Source: Geodia barretti
Lineage: Eukaryota
Assembly: GCA_030341885.1 (NCBI GenBank)
Contig: CASHTH010003779.1
Location: 8,806 to 72,805, forward strand
Length of the DNA: 64,000 nucleotides
Direction: 5' to 3'
Part shown: in pieces, positions 23,965-37,487 of the stretch
How positions within the stretch are numbered: position 1 is the first letter of the stretch
Layout of the letters: the number at the start of each line of letters is the position of its first letter
The notes under the pieces: generated by a model
What the model saw: the letters and a program-made list of their open reading frames with translations, nothing else
Database searches by the model: none
Told to the model about the DNA's origin: nothing
Position numbers and translations under genes: made by a program

Positions 23965-26900
23965 TCAGTCCTCGGGAACCTTGATGGCTCCTCCGTCACC
24001 CTCACTCACAAAACGCTTGCGGCCCCTGCACCCAGAGAAAAGAGAGAGTGAGATAGTCTCCACACAATGGACAGAGAAGCTTGGCATCTTCGTGCAGATC
24101 ATTATTATGCTCGTTATGTAAGGGGCCAACCTCTGCGGTAGCTCGTCAACCATGGATTTGGAGACGAACCCAGCACTGAAGCAAAGCTCCACGAACTTGC
24201 TCAGAGTGTGGTAGGCGTTTGGTGCGTCCAGGACAATCTCAGTCATGTCGTTGAAAACTCGCATGAAACCCTAGGAGAAGGAGGAAGTGTGTGAAAAAGA
24301 GCAGTGTATCATGTCGGGCTGCATCAGGCGAGTTCAATACACTCACCATGTTTATCTGGTCCAGGGTTAGAACAGTGCTCTCTGCAAGGTACTTGAGCAG
24401 ATTGCACATCTTCTCGGCATTCCCGTACTCCAGAACCATGATGATAGCCTAGGAACACACACAGAGATGCTACACTGGCCCTATCAGCAGGATCTGGTGT
24501 CAGCAACAGAGTCCTGACTGATGCAGGCACACGGGATTCCCCAAGGTATTACCCAACATTACAAAATACCATCCTGGCAGCAGACTGGTCACATGGTGCT
24601 AGACTTACCTCATAGACAAGCTCGTGATGAAAGTGAGGTACTTCCAGTTCATGGAGGCAGCGGTCGGCCTCACGACAGTCACCAGAGGACAAATATTCTT
24701 TCAGCAGGAGGTTCATCTAAAACAAGAGGGAGAGATGGAAGACGGTATGCGGAGGGAAAGAAGAGACGGAGAGAAAGAGAGAAACATTCACGGGTTGCTA
24801 GTCCTACACAATGCAAATGTCTCTGTCAACAATATTTCATGCTAAATGCAGCAGTGCCGGCATTTCACCCGCTGTACAATGATACCACAAAAGAGCACAA
24901 GTATCCAAGACACACACACAACAAGAGACTTCACACTTTGTTTGTACAGCAGCACAAGCTACACGCTCACATGATTGATGTTGTTACAAGTACATCTCTC
25001 TCCAAACTGAGCATTTTATACAGCAGCATAACAGCCGTAACAAGGCCCAAAACAAACCACCAACACAGTATACACACCAGATGTGTAAGCTAGAGACAGA
25101 TGAACTAAAGATACATCTAAATTCTTCTTCACCTTGCTGATAAGGAACATGACTGGACGCTGTCCACCACCGACTCCCCACACATTGTCCAGACGAGCCA
25201 TCCCATGCTTGATGTTGAGCAGCAGTTGGGCACGTTTCAGAGCAGAGCTGCAAGTGTGGGCAGGAGGAGGAGGAAACCAAGAGGAAACGATAGCCGTGGA
25301 CCTTGTTTGTAAAAACTTGGCAATGGCCAATAGTGCTACATGCTCCAGCTCAGCAAGTTGTGTGCATACTAATTGGCTAGGACAGACAGTGCAGCAAGCA
25401 ACGTACAGTGCCTTGGGGTCCTGTACGTCAGTCACATTGACAATGTAGGCAGGAGGAACGCAGTCGTCGGCTACAGCACGAGCCATGAAGTTCCCCAGAA
25501 CCTCTGGAGCATCTGGTGTGTCGAGACTCAGCTCATCCAGCTCCTCCAGGAGCATGTTGAACCCTGAACACCAACAAGAGAGAGAGAGAGAGAGAGTCAT
25601 GTGAATCCACCCAGCGAATGGTAGCGGATTGCAATAATGTCCAATTTCCTTTCTAGTACAAGTATATACAAACACTGCACAGCAGGTTATTATCGTGTAC
25701 TCTGACATCCAATTAACCCACGTTAGAATTTAATGGCTTATGTGTACACAGCACACCAGCAGCAACGCACACTAAAAGCATAAAATCACAACGGTTTTTC
25801 GGGGGACTATTGACCAAACATAATGCACCACATGGTATTTACTCCATCTTCAAAAAGAAAAAGCCACGAAAACAGCAACAACCTATATCTCTTTTGCATG
25901 GGGCGCCCACTCAAAACAAAGGGTGGAGGAAGAAGTGATGTTTCAGACTATTATGCACACTAAGTCACAGTGGAGCGTAGTAGTTGTTTTTTTTTCAAGA
26001 TTGGATACACGAGTTACATGTATTTGCGTGTGTTTGTGTTGGGAGCTCACCTTCAGTGACGTCGCGCAAATTGATGACGGAGTAGCCGTAGAGGTCAGAG
26101 ATGAGGACTGAGGCGAGCTCGCGACGAGAGGCGCTCTCCTCCAGAGCCACCGTCACCAGCATGTGCACCACCTCTTCCTTGATGTTCTGGATGTTGCACT
26201 CGGCAAGCGACGCCTGTGGACAAAGGCAAAGAAATTCGATGCGAGATACATATCTAACAGGCAGAGAAGACAGCTTAGTACTGCGTGGGAGGGTGTGTGT
26301 TGTTTCGCCAGAGAGCATAAACTGATGATCTCCAACAAGCAGGCGATTGGAATAAACAGATTTCCATGTATCTGCTAACTGGGATGCATGTGGAGGGAGA
26401 TTGTGTGTGGATCACTCACAGCCACATCAGTCGTGTCTCCATGCTCAAAGTACTCCTTGAATATGGCCACTGCCTGCTTCCTGAATTCCTCGATGCTCAG
26501 GTGTGGGGAAGACGGAGACACTGTATATGTCCCCTGTGCAAGAGAAAACAAAGAATATATAATGGCCGGTAGGAAGGAGGAATGAGAAAAGACGTAAAAC
26601 ATGGGGATGACAGATACTTGCTTCTATGCTTCAATATTGGTATATACACACACCAATCAAAAAATTTCAAGGTTTTTGACACATACACCTATACCTCTTC
26701 TTCCTCCGAGTCATAGTTTGGGTCTTTTTGGTCGTGAGTGTGTCCATCGTCATAGTACACTTCTCCCAGCTTCCCCCAAGTCCCCTTCCCACCTGCCCCA
26801 CCTGGACAAGCAGATTGAAGCAGGGTAGTCAACATACAAGGCGGTGGTAAGTTTACTACAAAATGTGTCTACTAGGGATTCAGCTTTGCTAGGTTACTTC

Positions 26901-27366
26901 TAAAACAGGTTATGTCCATCAAGGGGCTTGCTGACTATTTTAGTATGCAAGGCCAGGCATCTGTATACATCTTGACACATTAGAAACAACCAACACAACG
27001 TGTTTCAAATTTCAAATTTGTAACATATGCAGTGGACATTCCACCTTTCTTGGGGAGACCTCTCATTCCACTCCTGGAGTGACGGTTTCTCTCGGCCATC
27101 TTGTGGACCTTGCACGGAGAGATGGGCTTGGGCACTCCACCATTCTCTAGGTCCTCCGACTTGCTCGGGTGTCTGGCCCGGCGTCGAGCCTTGTGTTTCG
27201 GCTTTACACTGCTCTCGCTCCTTTTCGTCACGATGGTAATCTCGGCCGCTGTGGTTGCGTTGGCAGGAGCAGGAGGGGAGCCAAAATGGACGGATTTTTT
27301 GGCGACCTTCGAGGGGTTGTGAGCAAAGCCATTCAATTGTGGTACGTCTACTTCCATTGACGACAT
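23965..27366 (-). CDS. PDCD4: Programmed cell death protein 4 (PDCD4; two MA3 domains). Multi-exon, at least 7 coding exons. Anchors are ORFs 26980-27366, 26375-26602, 25995-26318, 25016-25708, 24239-24439 and 23965-24264.
   Basis: N-terminus is '[13 protein letters not shown]...[12 protein letters not shown]', matching human '...[13 protein letters not shown]'. '[15 protein letters not shown]' matches '[14 protein letters not shown]'. '[18 protein letters not shown]', '[16 protein letters not shown]' and the second MA3 domain are present. The C-terminus '[21 protein letters not shown]' matches human '...[16 protein letters not shown]'. Confidence 0.9.
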
Positions 27367-28049
27367 GGTTGACTTGTCAACAGACGGTATACAATTTTCT
27401 GAAATTTCTGAGTTGACTAGCTAGTAGAGAGGTGAACAGAAACTTAGTTTTTGACTAAGAGGCACAGGTAGAGAGAAGTAACGGGTAGGTAGGAGGGCTG
27501 TCTAAAAACTGGTGTGAGGTCTCTCGTGGACGTGCTGTGTCATAGAGCTCACACTGTGTCCACGGAGAGTGTAGCAGGTATGAAAAAACACCTGTGGATG
27601 ATCGGGTAGTAGTAGTGGCTGTAGTTGGAGAGGACGGACCGACGGTGTGTGGAGGGGGAGCTCAGCGGGTTCGGGCGAGGCGGAGGACCTCAGAGCGTGA
27701 TTGCAGCAGACACGATGCGAGCGTGCGACATGCAGAACCGCAGCGGCTGGTGCTCCAGTGACGGCGCGGCACACGCAGGATGATGCAATTCCTTCCAGAG
27801 CAGCTGTGCATGCACGGTCGTCGTCAGTTGCTTTCTCGCGGGTCTCGCTCTGTCTCGCAGCGCCGCGCTGCAGCTCGTCGTGGCCCAGCAGCTCTCCTTC
27901 CGCCTTCTGCTCCTTTCGCCGGGTACGAGTAAACAACTGCACCGCCCGCCGCAGTCAATGTGTCGCTCCTAACTCTGTAAAAATCTGAGAGAACCTTCTC
28001 GACCCAGCTCAATTATACCCCTGTAAACAACATTCCTTGCACACGGCAC

Positions 28050-28125
28050 TAATCATTCGATAAGGATCTCTGACCAATCGCAGCCGCGAACGTCACGTTA
28101 ATTATAGCTTCTCAATTACGTCATA
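28050..28125 (-). promoter_or_regulatory. Putative PDCD4 core promoter elements, a CCAAT box plus CRE-like TGACG half-sites. They overlap the MVP 3' UTR.
   Basis: 'ctgaccaatcgcagccgcgaacgtcacgttaattatagcttctcaattacgtcat'. This lies upstream (on the minus strand) of the PDCD4 ATG at 27366 and about 70 bp downstream of the MVP stop. Confidence 0.35.
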
Positions 28126-28187
28126 ATTCACAAAAAAAGGAATTTTTTTAGAGAACACTACGAAGTCTGCAGTCAATCTGCTGGTCT

Positions 28188-31100
28188 CTAGTGGGCAAGT
28201 GGTGGGGAAAGCAAGGTGCCCTGTGAGGCCTGGTATACGTTGAGTGGAGTCTTGCCATCCGTGATCAATGTGTTCTGTATTCCCAGACCTTGGAGCAGCT
28301 GCATCTGCAGAACATGAGAATTGCATCAGCCAGTACTACGTTGCCCTCCAAACCAAACAACCCCTAAACTTCCAGGCCCCTATTGAGTTGCATCACAGCC
28401 ACCTACACTTGCCCTCTCTCTGAGAGGTCCACAGGTCAGTACTCCAGACAGTACACTGTACCCACCTTTGCCTGGGGTCCAGCTTTGGCAATGGTACTGA
28501 TCGTGCTCTGACCTATGCAATCCACCGTCTTTGAAAACTTTTCCACCTGTGCAGCAGAGAGGGAAAAACTGACGGGCCAGGTGCAAAACCTACACCCACA
28601 TTTCAGTTGTACAAGTGTGGGCAGGTCCACACAATGCCCAGCTCCCTCCCAGCATTGTGTGCCCTTACAAGCTCAGGAGGGTTGCAGACAAATCACCCAA
28701 TCACCCAATCACCCAATCACTCACGTGCTCACCTCAATATTGCCCAGTTCCCTGGCCCTGCTGGTCTCCAGTTCATTCTGTTCCTTCAGGAACTGGATCT
28801 CTGCCTCCCTGGCCCTTGTCTGGCAATCCAGCTCTGCATTGGTCTCGATACGCGCAGCTTCCGCTTTCAATTCTGCCACTACACAATAAAACACGCGAGG
28901 TGTGTGGTGCAGGTGTGTCTGCATGCAAATCCTTCACTAACAAGCCCTCGACAAGACCCCGAGTAGGTGGATGTAAGGATGCCCCCCAATACATGAACCT
29001 TGAATAATACAGTGCAAGTCTTAGGAGGTGGTCTGTGACCTACTAGCCATGTGTTTGAAATTGTATGGACTGAGAGCAGACAGTGCCAGTGGTACTGGGC
29101 AATGAATGGAGGCATTTGTCTGACATTCACACCTATCCAAGCACATTCAGCGCCCGCTAGAGGCTTGCTCGCGAGCTAAACAAGCTGATGGCAGCCTCCC
29201 GGAGGTATGGGGTGACCGCAGCGGCACACACACGCTGGCAATTGAGTTATGCGTTTTGACAGCGCTGTCAGCCACATTCTCACATCAACTGCAACCCTTG
29301 ACTTCAGCCTGGCATGGCAACAGCAGATCTGGCTACTCTCATACTATCACCTTAGCTCCTTAGCTGCTCAGCATTTATTATCACTCATTCTTACAGGGGC
29401 AGGCAGTGAACCACCTCATAAACTACTTACGTACGTATATTGGCATGTGGAGAGTAATGTCGATGTAAGAATACAGGGGCGATTGAAAAGACCCTCACTT
29501 GATGTGCACACATGCTACACCGGTAAACACTAGAAACACTGGTAGTGTGCAGATTACAGCTTTCCTTGTTCTGACCCGCACCACCCTCTTTTCACCGAAA
29601 CGACCCACACACAAAACGTGGATTAATCCACCGAGCAGGTGCAAACTGTACTATACTAAAGTGAGCACAATGCCTTCCTCACCCACGCAGCAGGTTAAGC
29701 CCTTCAGGAGGACAGCAGAGTAACAATTGCATATTATGAGACTATTTGCTGTGGGCTTTGAGCGAGGTGGTACACATTAGGAGAGTGGGGGAGTGAGAGT
29801 TGCCTCACATTCAATAGCACTCTGTCCCTCAATGAGCAGTCTCTCAGCTCTTGCCTGTGCCTCTGCCTTTGACTGGCCCGAAGACTCCACAGCCGCAGCC
29901 ACCGCCTGCAGCTCTAGCAGAGTGCACCGAGCCTCCTCTGCTTCCTGTACACACGCACACAACCAGGCGAAAGTTGAAGACACACAACACAAGAACCGTG
30001 AATGTATATACAGCGTGAGCCCACAGGCCAGCCAAAACAGAGCGCTCGGGAGATAATGCGTGGTTTTGGTGCAGGCAACCACCAGGTCAAAACAAGTGAC
30101 AGACACGTTTTTCTGCTTGCAGCTGGCTCCTCTGTGTCCTCGTGCAAACGGCAGGACACTTGGAGCCTTGCCAAGTGATCAAAAGTCGGTCTAGACTAAA
30201 GATCATGCATGCTGGATTGTTTTGCATACCAGTATCAAATGCCTTCTTATGCATACTATTTGAATATACATCACCTTCTCGTTTTGTAGCTTTTGTCTCT
30301 CCAGCTCTCCCTTTGCCTTCTGTTCAGTCCTCTTGGCCTCATGCTGTGCTGCACGCTCTATGGACCTGTTGTATCAACATACAACGCTAACCCTCTCAGC
30401 TATGGTGTTATACACACCATATGTAGGCATGTGTATGTATACAGTGCACGAGGCAGTATACCACAAATGTCTTTTGTTTCAACTCACATCATGCTGGCAC
30501 CAGACACTGAATTATCGAACGGACGAAACTTAACATAATAATAATTATGCTGCCCTACACTGATTAATGATGAGTAAAGCAACCCCCCCTTAATTAGAAC
30601 TTGGTCGAGACAAATTACCCACCATATGCTGACTGCCACACCGGCCACAAACCACTCATAATGTATTGAGACAGTGGAACCAATATACTGTACACAGCAT
30701 GTGCTATATACATGTTTGGAATGCCGCTACTATGAGAAGAGTTTACACACACGCCGGTCCTTATCAGAAATGAGAACCGTCCAGCTAAACAGGCATGTAA
30801 TGAAAGGGGTGGGGCTAACTTGGTGGAGATCTCGATGGCCATCTGGACAGACTTTGACAGACTGTCTCGCATCTGCTGGTCCACTGGCTCTATACTCTGA
30901 ACATCTATATTGGTGATCACCTGTGGTGTGTGTGTGTGTGTGGTGTGTGTGTGTGTGTGTGTGTGTGTGTGGCATATGACAGAGAAAACAAATGCAGAGA
31001 GCTCAGAAGTAAGAACAATCCTGAGCAAAGTGTAGACTGGTTTTTCCACCACAACAATGCATTTTTAACACCGGTACCCACCTCCGAATGCTATGTTGAT

Positions 31101-34100
31101 TTTGTAAGCTATAGACATACAATTCCTGTTTTGGTGGTACTACACACCTGCCGGCTTGTGGTGGGAGTCGAAAATGTATTAGTGGACTTTGCCTTATCTG
31201 TGTGATTATCTTGCAACACTACAAAACAATCTACTGTTTGATTGGCGACTATGAATTCTCTCTCGAAACGGCAGGTTTAAGGGCCACTGCATTACAACAC
31301 ACACTATGTAGGGGTACATAATATAGAAAAGCATAGTAAACAAGCAATGCCAGGCGTCCACAATTGGCGAGTACAACCCTTTCAATAATGGGCTAATTGT
31401 GCAGGGGCAAGGTGCAACTCACGAGGTTGTTGGCAGGGAACACCAGTTGGTCTCTCAGCTTCCCGTGTTCGTCGCGACCAAACACGCCGGCACGAATGAT
31501 CTCGCTCGAATACTTGTGGAATTTCTCGAAGGGGATCCCAGCAACCGCCCCTCTAATTTTACTGGCTATGGAGCAAGACACAAGATTAAACGGAGAACTA
31601 TATACGTGTAGTATGTGTGTGCTTTCCTCACCGACTTCTCTGCAGGCAAACCCTATGAAGTCGGGGACTGAAAACAACTTTGCCTCAGATTCTGCATCTC
31701 CACACTTCACCTGACAGGAAACACACACACACACAAGAGTATGGACACACCCCTGCCACACCTCCTTCCAGCACTACTCACTACTACCACACACCCATAC
31801 CCACACCCACACCCACACACGCTCAGTAGGGACACAGGTGATGAGCTCACGGTGAAGTAGTTGTTCATGGCCAGAGCCACCTTGAGTCTAGCATGGTCAG
31901 AGGTCTCCACCACAAGCTCGTCTGAGATAAAGTCTGGCCCCAGCATCAGGCAAATGGTAATGAGGGCCCCTGGCTTCTTGGGCTTGCCAGCTGTGGTATA
32001 ATGCAATGTGTCAGTTATATTCATTGGGAGAGAAGTGTATACATAGTCCCTGTTGTCAAAATGTAAAATACTGTGGGTGGCAAAAAATGATGCAATATTT
32101 CATTTGCCCACGAAACACCATGTGTTCAGACCAGTATTCACAATTCCTCTGAGGATTAAGGCTCATTAGCCTCGTTATTGATGTGTTTGCGTCTCAGTCC
32201 CAAATCACAAATTGGAGTTCTGGGAACCGGACGCACAGTGTGTTACACGGTTGAGGTGAGACCGAGTGAATTCAAGACTTTTGGTGGTATTGATCAGGTG
32301 ATGATGATTCATGGGCAGCTGGGTCTGGCCCACCTGAGAGAAACAGGACGTTGAAGGTCTCGTGGGGATCCAGGACAACCAGGTCAGGTCCAAACACCAC
32401 GCGAGCCGTCTTCTCAGCATAGTTATAGACCTTGTCGGGGGATCAGCGGCAGCAATGGAGGATAGGAGAAGAGAAGAGAAAAGGAAGGAGAGAAGAGGGA
32501 AGGAAGGAGAGGGGGAGGAGGGAGGCAGGAAGAATGGAAAAACAAGGACAACGGGAGGGAGTTTGCATGTTTATGATTGTTGAGTATGTCAGTTTTTACC
32601 TGGACAGCACAATTGTTTGGGCATCGGTATGTAATGACACGGGTCTTGTCACGTTTCTGTATACACAGGGATGCAGAGGTGTCAATAGGGAGAGGTGGTG
32701 CTACACACACTTGCCTTGTAAGAGTCGTCCACAAAACTCTCAAAATACGCCATTTTCCTTATGTTGGTGTCACCAATCCCGCCTCCCTTCCTGTGCGAGT
32801 GTGTGCGTTGTATGGTACACAGAGCTGTAGACTGACAGATGGCGGGGTCTGTACTTGAGAATATCCTCAACCAGTGGAACAAGTGTCTTCTCAAACAGCT
32901 CCTCGTTTGCCTTCAACATGTAAGCCTGTGGCCCCAGTACACTCCTCACCTACAAAACAGACATGTGCACGAACAATAGTCGCACACACACACACAGATC
33001 AACCATATCCTGTGTGCAGTCGTATTGTGTGCTGTATAATATACAGGAATGCAATAACATCAGCTGGGCAACTAGGCAACACACGCTAAGAAAGAGCACT
33101 CAAAGCAAAACGCACAATAGGATTACTAGCCCTGCCTCTGCGCCAACTCCCAGTAGAGATGTAATTACAGCCGCCACCACTGTCTCACCTGGCCGGTCTG
33201 AACGTCACGGACATAGATTCCCTCATTCTCATTCAGAGGAATTGCCTTCCTGTAGGGTGAATGGAGCAGCGTTTACTGGACTGGGCACTGTGCCATCCCT
33301 CCCTCCCTTCTCCACTGTTGAGACTATCCTACCCTTTACTATTGTGCATAATATGCACAGAGTTGTTGAATGGAGGTACAAGGACCCACCTGGTCTGGAA
33401 GGCCCCAACCTCTATAGGGGGGATGTAGTCCATCGGTCCATTCAACATCCACCGGTCCCCAGGACTGCGGTGGACTTTCTTACCTGAGGGTTATGCATTA
33501 TTACATAGCTCAGCTGTAGGTGATTGACTAAAATGGTATTTATTGAGCAGACCACACACACACACACCCTCTCACTCAGGGGTATATAATGTGTGTGGCG
33601 ACCAGCTGGCGAGCCAGGAATCCTCACTCTATGCATACATAAACTGGACTATTGTTAGATAGAAGCCATTTTCAGTAGTCTGTAGTCCTTTCCAAGAGTC
33701 AAACAAACACACTCCGGACCGGTTCTAAACCGGTAATTCGTGTAACGAAAACAGGATCTTGGTAGACGTCCAAATCTCTCGCCCGTTACTCACCGTTTGG
33801 CAGTATGTCGTCTAACTCTTCCTGTGCAGTGACGACAATCGCCTCATCTGATTGCAGGAGCAGCGCGTTCTTGATCCCCGACTCCAGACGCTCTCCTAAT
33901 ACACAAAACATACTCACAGTACACTAGCCATCAGTGAGTACTGTAGGAGGGTCTTTTGCACTATAGAACCTCCCTCATGAACACAAACACAATGGCATTA
34001 TACATGTGTAGTCACCCACTAATACATCCTTAATATAATTATACAGCAGTGAAACTATATATAATACTACTGGATGAGATTATACTTGCCTGGTTGGAGG

Positions 34101-35791
34101 AAGAAGGTGAGTGGTCCGCAGCGGAGCTCCCTGTGACCGAGCTGCGGGCGTCCATCTTTCCCGACTGCATCAACCACCACACAGTACTGCCTGGGTTTGA
34201 GCACCGTCAACCGCACCACCTTCACCACCTCCTACACAGGGCAACCATACAGATAATATATTAACCCCCCAAGGGTCATCTATGTATGTCAGTCCTATAG
34301 TCACAATGCATGGTTTACCTCAGTGACGTCAGGGATGTAGCATTCAGTGTCCTCGTCAGTTACCAGCCATTCATCCCCTACATGCCTAACAGCGATGCAG
34401 GGTGATGAGTCCAAAGTGCCTGAACATAATGCTACACACCTTTTCCTACCAAACTGGTCAGTGTAGGAATCAATGGCACGGATATGGAGAGCCAGCTTTG
34501 GGGTGAGCGTGACTGCCTTCACCATGCTTACCACCTGTGGAAGGATCACCAGTAGTTGTAACTTTATTTCGCTTCCATTGTATATTATACTTTGAAGTAA
34601 AATCGGTTGAGGAAGTGAAAGAGAAGGAGGGGGGAAGGTAAAGAGAGACCCTGTATATACCTCTTCAAAAACCCCAGGCAGGTAGGCACCCACATCTCTG
34701 ACCAGCCACTCTTCCCCAGTGGCTCTCGTCTCCCCACTGGATGTCTGGAGGACCTGAGTGGCCCTCAGTCGCAGAGCGTGCCCGGGACTGATGATATGGG
34801 GAGACATCGCACGAACCACCTCCTGTAAACCAATCACAGGGGTAAAACCCTGTTCGTTTCCACGTTGATTGCTCTCGACTAACCACGACTCCCGGGCAGG
34901 GGATGTAGGTGAGAGGCCCACGGAGCTGCCACTCTTCTCTCTCGGTCCTCTTCGCCCCAGATTCATCTTTGTCAATGGTGGCCAGGGCTCTCAGATGAAG
35001 GCCGTGGTCTGCCTTTACGTGCGGTAGAGCCTTAACCGCTCGCGAGAAGTCTGCACCAGTGACATACAAGGGAGGGGCAGTATATTATTTATGGTGGATG
35101 GAGGAACGGGGACACGTTTGCTACCTTTTGGAGGAGCTCCCTCGAGCTCTTCCCCGGGGTACAGAGGGAATGGCTCCTGTAATCATAGCCTCATAACGAT
35201 TCATTCTGACGGAGCACACACACGCTGTGATACTCACCCCATGAAGACGTACTTCTTGGTGGCCAAATGAGAGCTCGTACAACTTTCCCTCCACCTTTAC
35301 ACTTGCTGTATAAATAGAAACAGCACACCTCTATTACAAACAGCACACCTCTCCATCATCGGATGTATATACAGTATGTATGTATGTACTCAGAAATACA
35401 GCCAGCATTTCTGTACAGGTCTAAATAAGAAAATGAGTGTTTGGGTCTCACGTCATGTCAATGGGGTTGACAACCACAGCATAGTGGCCTGGAGGGATGG
35501 TAACAAAGGGGAGGGGCCCGGCCACCAGTTTGTGGTTGTCCTGCATGATGAGGTTCTGCGGTCCCACCTCCAGCACCGTTATGTTCGTGTTCTAGAAGTT
35601 TAGGAGGGAAAGGGGAGACGTTACCCTGTATGCTAACGGAATACACAGAGCTCAATGGTCCGTGCAGGCATAGCTAGTGCGAGGGAATGGGACATAACTC
35701 TGACATTCATTACATAGCTATTGCCACTCACCAGATCCAGAACGTGGACGTACTGGTTGGGCAATATGCCCACGATCTTCTTGTCTCCCAT
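28188..35791 (-). CDS. MVP: Major vault protein (MVP). It is complete, with the ATG at 35791-35789 and the TAG stop at 28190-28188. More than 15 exons. Exon anchors are 35732-35791, 34301-34975, 33200-33480, 32330-32440, 31707-32024, 31393-31761, 30800-30920, 30296-30370, 29777-30106, 28721-28924, 28436-28630 and 28188-28326.
   Basis: '[20 protein letters not shown]|gtgagt' matches human '[20 protein letters not shown]'. MVP-repeat exons show '[21 protein letters not shown]' and '[22 protein letters not shown]'. Shoulder-domain exons show '[37 protein letters not shown]' and '[17 protein letters not shown]...[15 protein letters not shown]...[12 protein letters not shown]'. '[31 protein letters not shown]' matches '[29 protein letters not shown]'. 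The cap-helix reads '[41 protein letters not shown]'. The C-terminus '[29 protein letters not shown]...*' matches '[31 protein letters not shown]'. Confidence 0.92.
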
Positions 35792-36079
35792 GGTCAAAAG
35801 TCTTCAGACGGTGAGGCACTCAGCAAAACTACAACTAGGGCCAGGGTTGGGCGTGAATCAGAGAGGTCGCAGAAAGGAGCCCCACCTACAACATCTGTGT
35901 TGCGCATGCGCACCCCGTTGCAGCATGCTGCTGATTGGCAGGTTGCTGAGCAAGACGTCTCCGTCTCTACTCACTCTAAACCGCCCTTTCCTGACTCCAG
36001 CGAGTTTCTTGAGGTAGCCTAGCATCAGCTCACTACGACTGTATCCCTTGTCACATGAAAACGATCCAGTTACGGAGCC
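35792..36079. promoter_or_regulatory. Bidirectional promoter interval between the divergent MVP (-) and FAHD2 (+) start codons. It contains an NRF-1-type palindrome, TGCGCATGCGCA, at about 35901-35912.
   Basis: The start codons are 288 bp apart and head-to-head. 'gtgttgcgcatgcgcaccccgttg' is seen directly. Confidence 0.5.
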
Positions 36080-37421
36080 ATGGCCGACGTGAAACTGCGT
36101 CTCGTCCAGTTCGAGACGGCGAGCTCTCCCCAGCGGGTCGGAGTTCAGCTGGGAGACGGGGGCAGCGTGGTGGACGTGTGCGCAGCGGAGCCAAGCCTTC
36201 CCAGGGACATGCGCTCCTTCCTGCAAGGCTGGGACACCAACCTCCCTCTCGCAGCCAAGTAGCTACTGCTACAGCCTTTCACTCTCGTATGATTTCTGTT
36301 CAGAGTTGCAGAGGCGGTATCGTCATCGTCAGACCATATCTTCGCGGCTGCCAGCTGCACCCTCAAGGCACCCATCTACGACCCCCAGAAGCTGTTGTGT
36401 GTTGGGATGAACTACGTGGACCACTGCAAGGAGCAGAACTACCCTGTCCCACAGGAGCCCATCATCTTCAGCAAGTTTGCCTCAGCCATCACTGAGCCCA
36501 ATGGAGCTGTCATCCACCCCAAAGAGACTGATGTCAGTGTACCTGTATACTACCACCACCTATGTAATCGTATGTGAATACTCCCACTAGAGTCTTGATT
36601 ATGAGGTTGAACTCGCCTTTGTCATTTCAAGAAGAGGCAAACACATCAAGGTATGAATATACTTGTCTACTGGCTTCACTAGTGATTTTTTCATGAGCAG
36701 GAGAGTGAGGCGATGTCTCACGTGGCAGGATACACTGTGGCTCACGATGTCAGTGCCAGAGACTGGCAGATGAAGAAGAACGGGAAACAGTGGCTGCTGG
36801 GCAAGACTTTCGACACGTTCTGTCCCCTCGGCCCAGCAATTGTTACCCCTAGCTCTCTCTCAGGTATACAACCATACACTCTACCTACTATGTATGCATA
36901 TCCTTCAACAATGTCTAGGTTTCATCATATACACTCTTCACTAGGCTCTGGTTAAATCTATGATCATACAAGTGGTATTATTCTGTCAGCTTCCATGCTT
37001 TGTATATACACGCCTTAGACCCACACAAGCTGGGCATCCGCTGTCGTCTGAATGGAGAGCTGGTACAGAACTCCAATACAGAGCAACTGGTACACAAGAC
37101 TGGGGCTCTGGTGGCCTTCATTTCCAGGTAACTCGGTACTGCCTAGCAGGAAAATCTTTTGATGGAGAATTTAACCAATGGTGATAAAATTGGTGTTCTG
37201 TAGGTTTATGACTCTGGAGCCAGGGGATGTGGTACTGACGGGCACTCCACCTGGTGTGGGCTGCTTCAGAGACCCTCCAATTTGGCTCAAGGTATGAATT
37301 AAGAAATAAATCACGAATTCAAATTGACTCTGGCTGCATTGCATGCTCATTGCAGAAAGGGGATGTTGTAGAGTGCGAAATCGACGAGATTGGGAAAATC
37401 ACAAACACAATAATTCAGTGA
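36080..37421 (+). CDS. FAHD2: Fumarylacetoacetate hydrolase domain-containing protein 2 (FAHD2). It is complete, with 7 exons: 36080-36258, 36304-36532, 36591-36650, 36701-36863, 37019-37127, 37204-37291 and 37356-37421 (TGA).
   Basis: All splice phases close. The product reads '...[47 protein letters not shown] / [20 protein letters not shown] / [54 protein letters not shown] / [36 protein letters not shown] / [30 protein letters not shown] / [21 protein letters not shown]'. It is near-collinear with human FAHD2A ('[31 protein letters not shown]', '[39 protein letters not shown]'). Confidence 0.9.
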
Positions 37422-37487
37422 ATTTATTTTTCTGTGTGACATTTGAAACCTCACAGCCATAAAAACAACGAGAAAAATGGGATGCGC

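Noticed and set aside
28515-31205. Plus-strand ORFs opposite MVP exons (for example 28515-28889, 28615-29007, 29793-30056 and 30674-30916)
   Set aside because: They are antisense to well-supported MVP coding exons and low-complexity. The real gene is on the minus strand.
36080-36262. Taking ORF-track 'M' residues as true initiators throughout
   Set aside because: The track evidently treats TTG and GTG as starts (for example 47620 'ttg', 56908 'gtg' and 38992 'ttg'). I re-derived starts from in-frame ATGs where they were visible.
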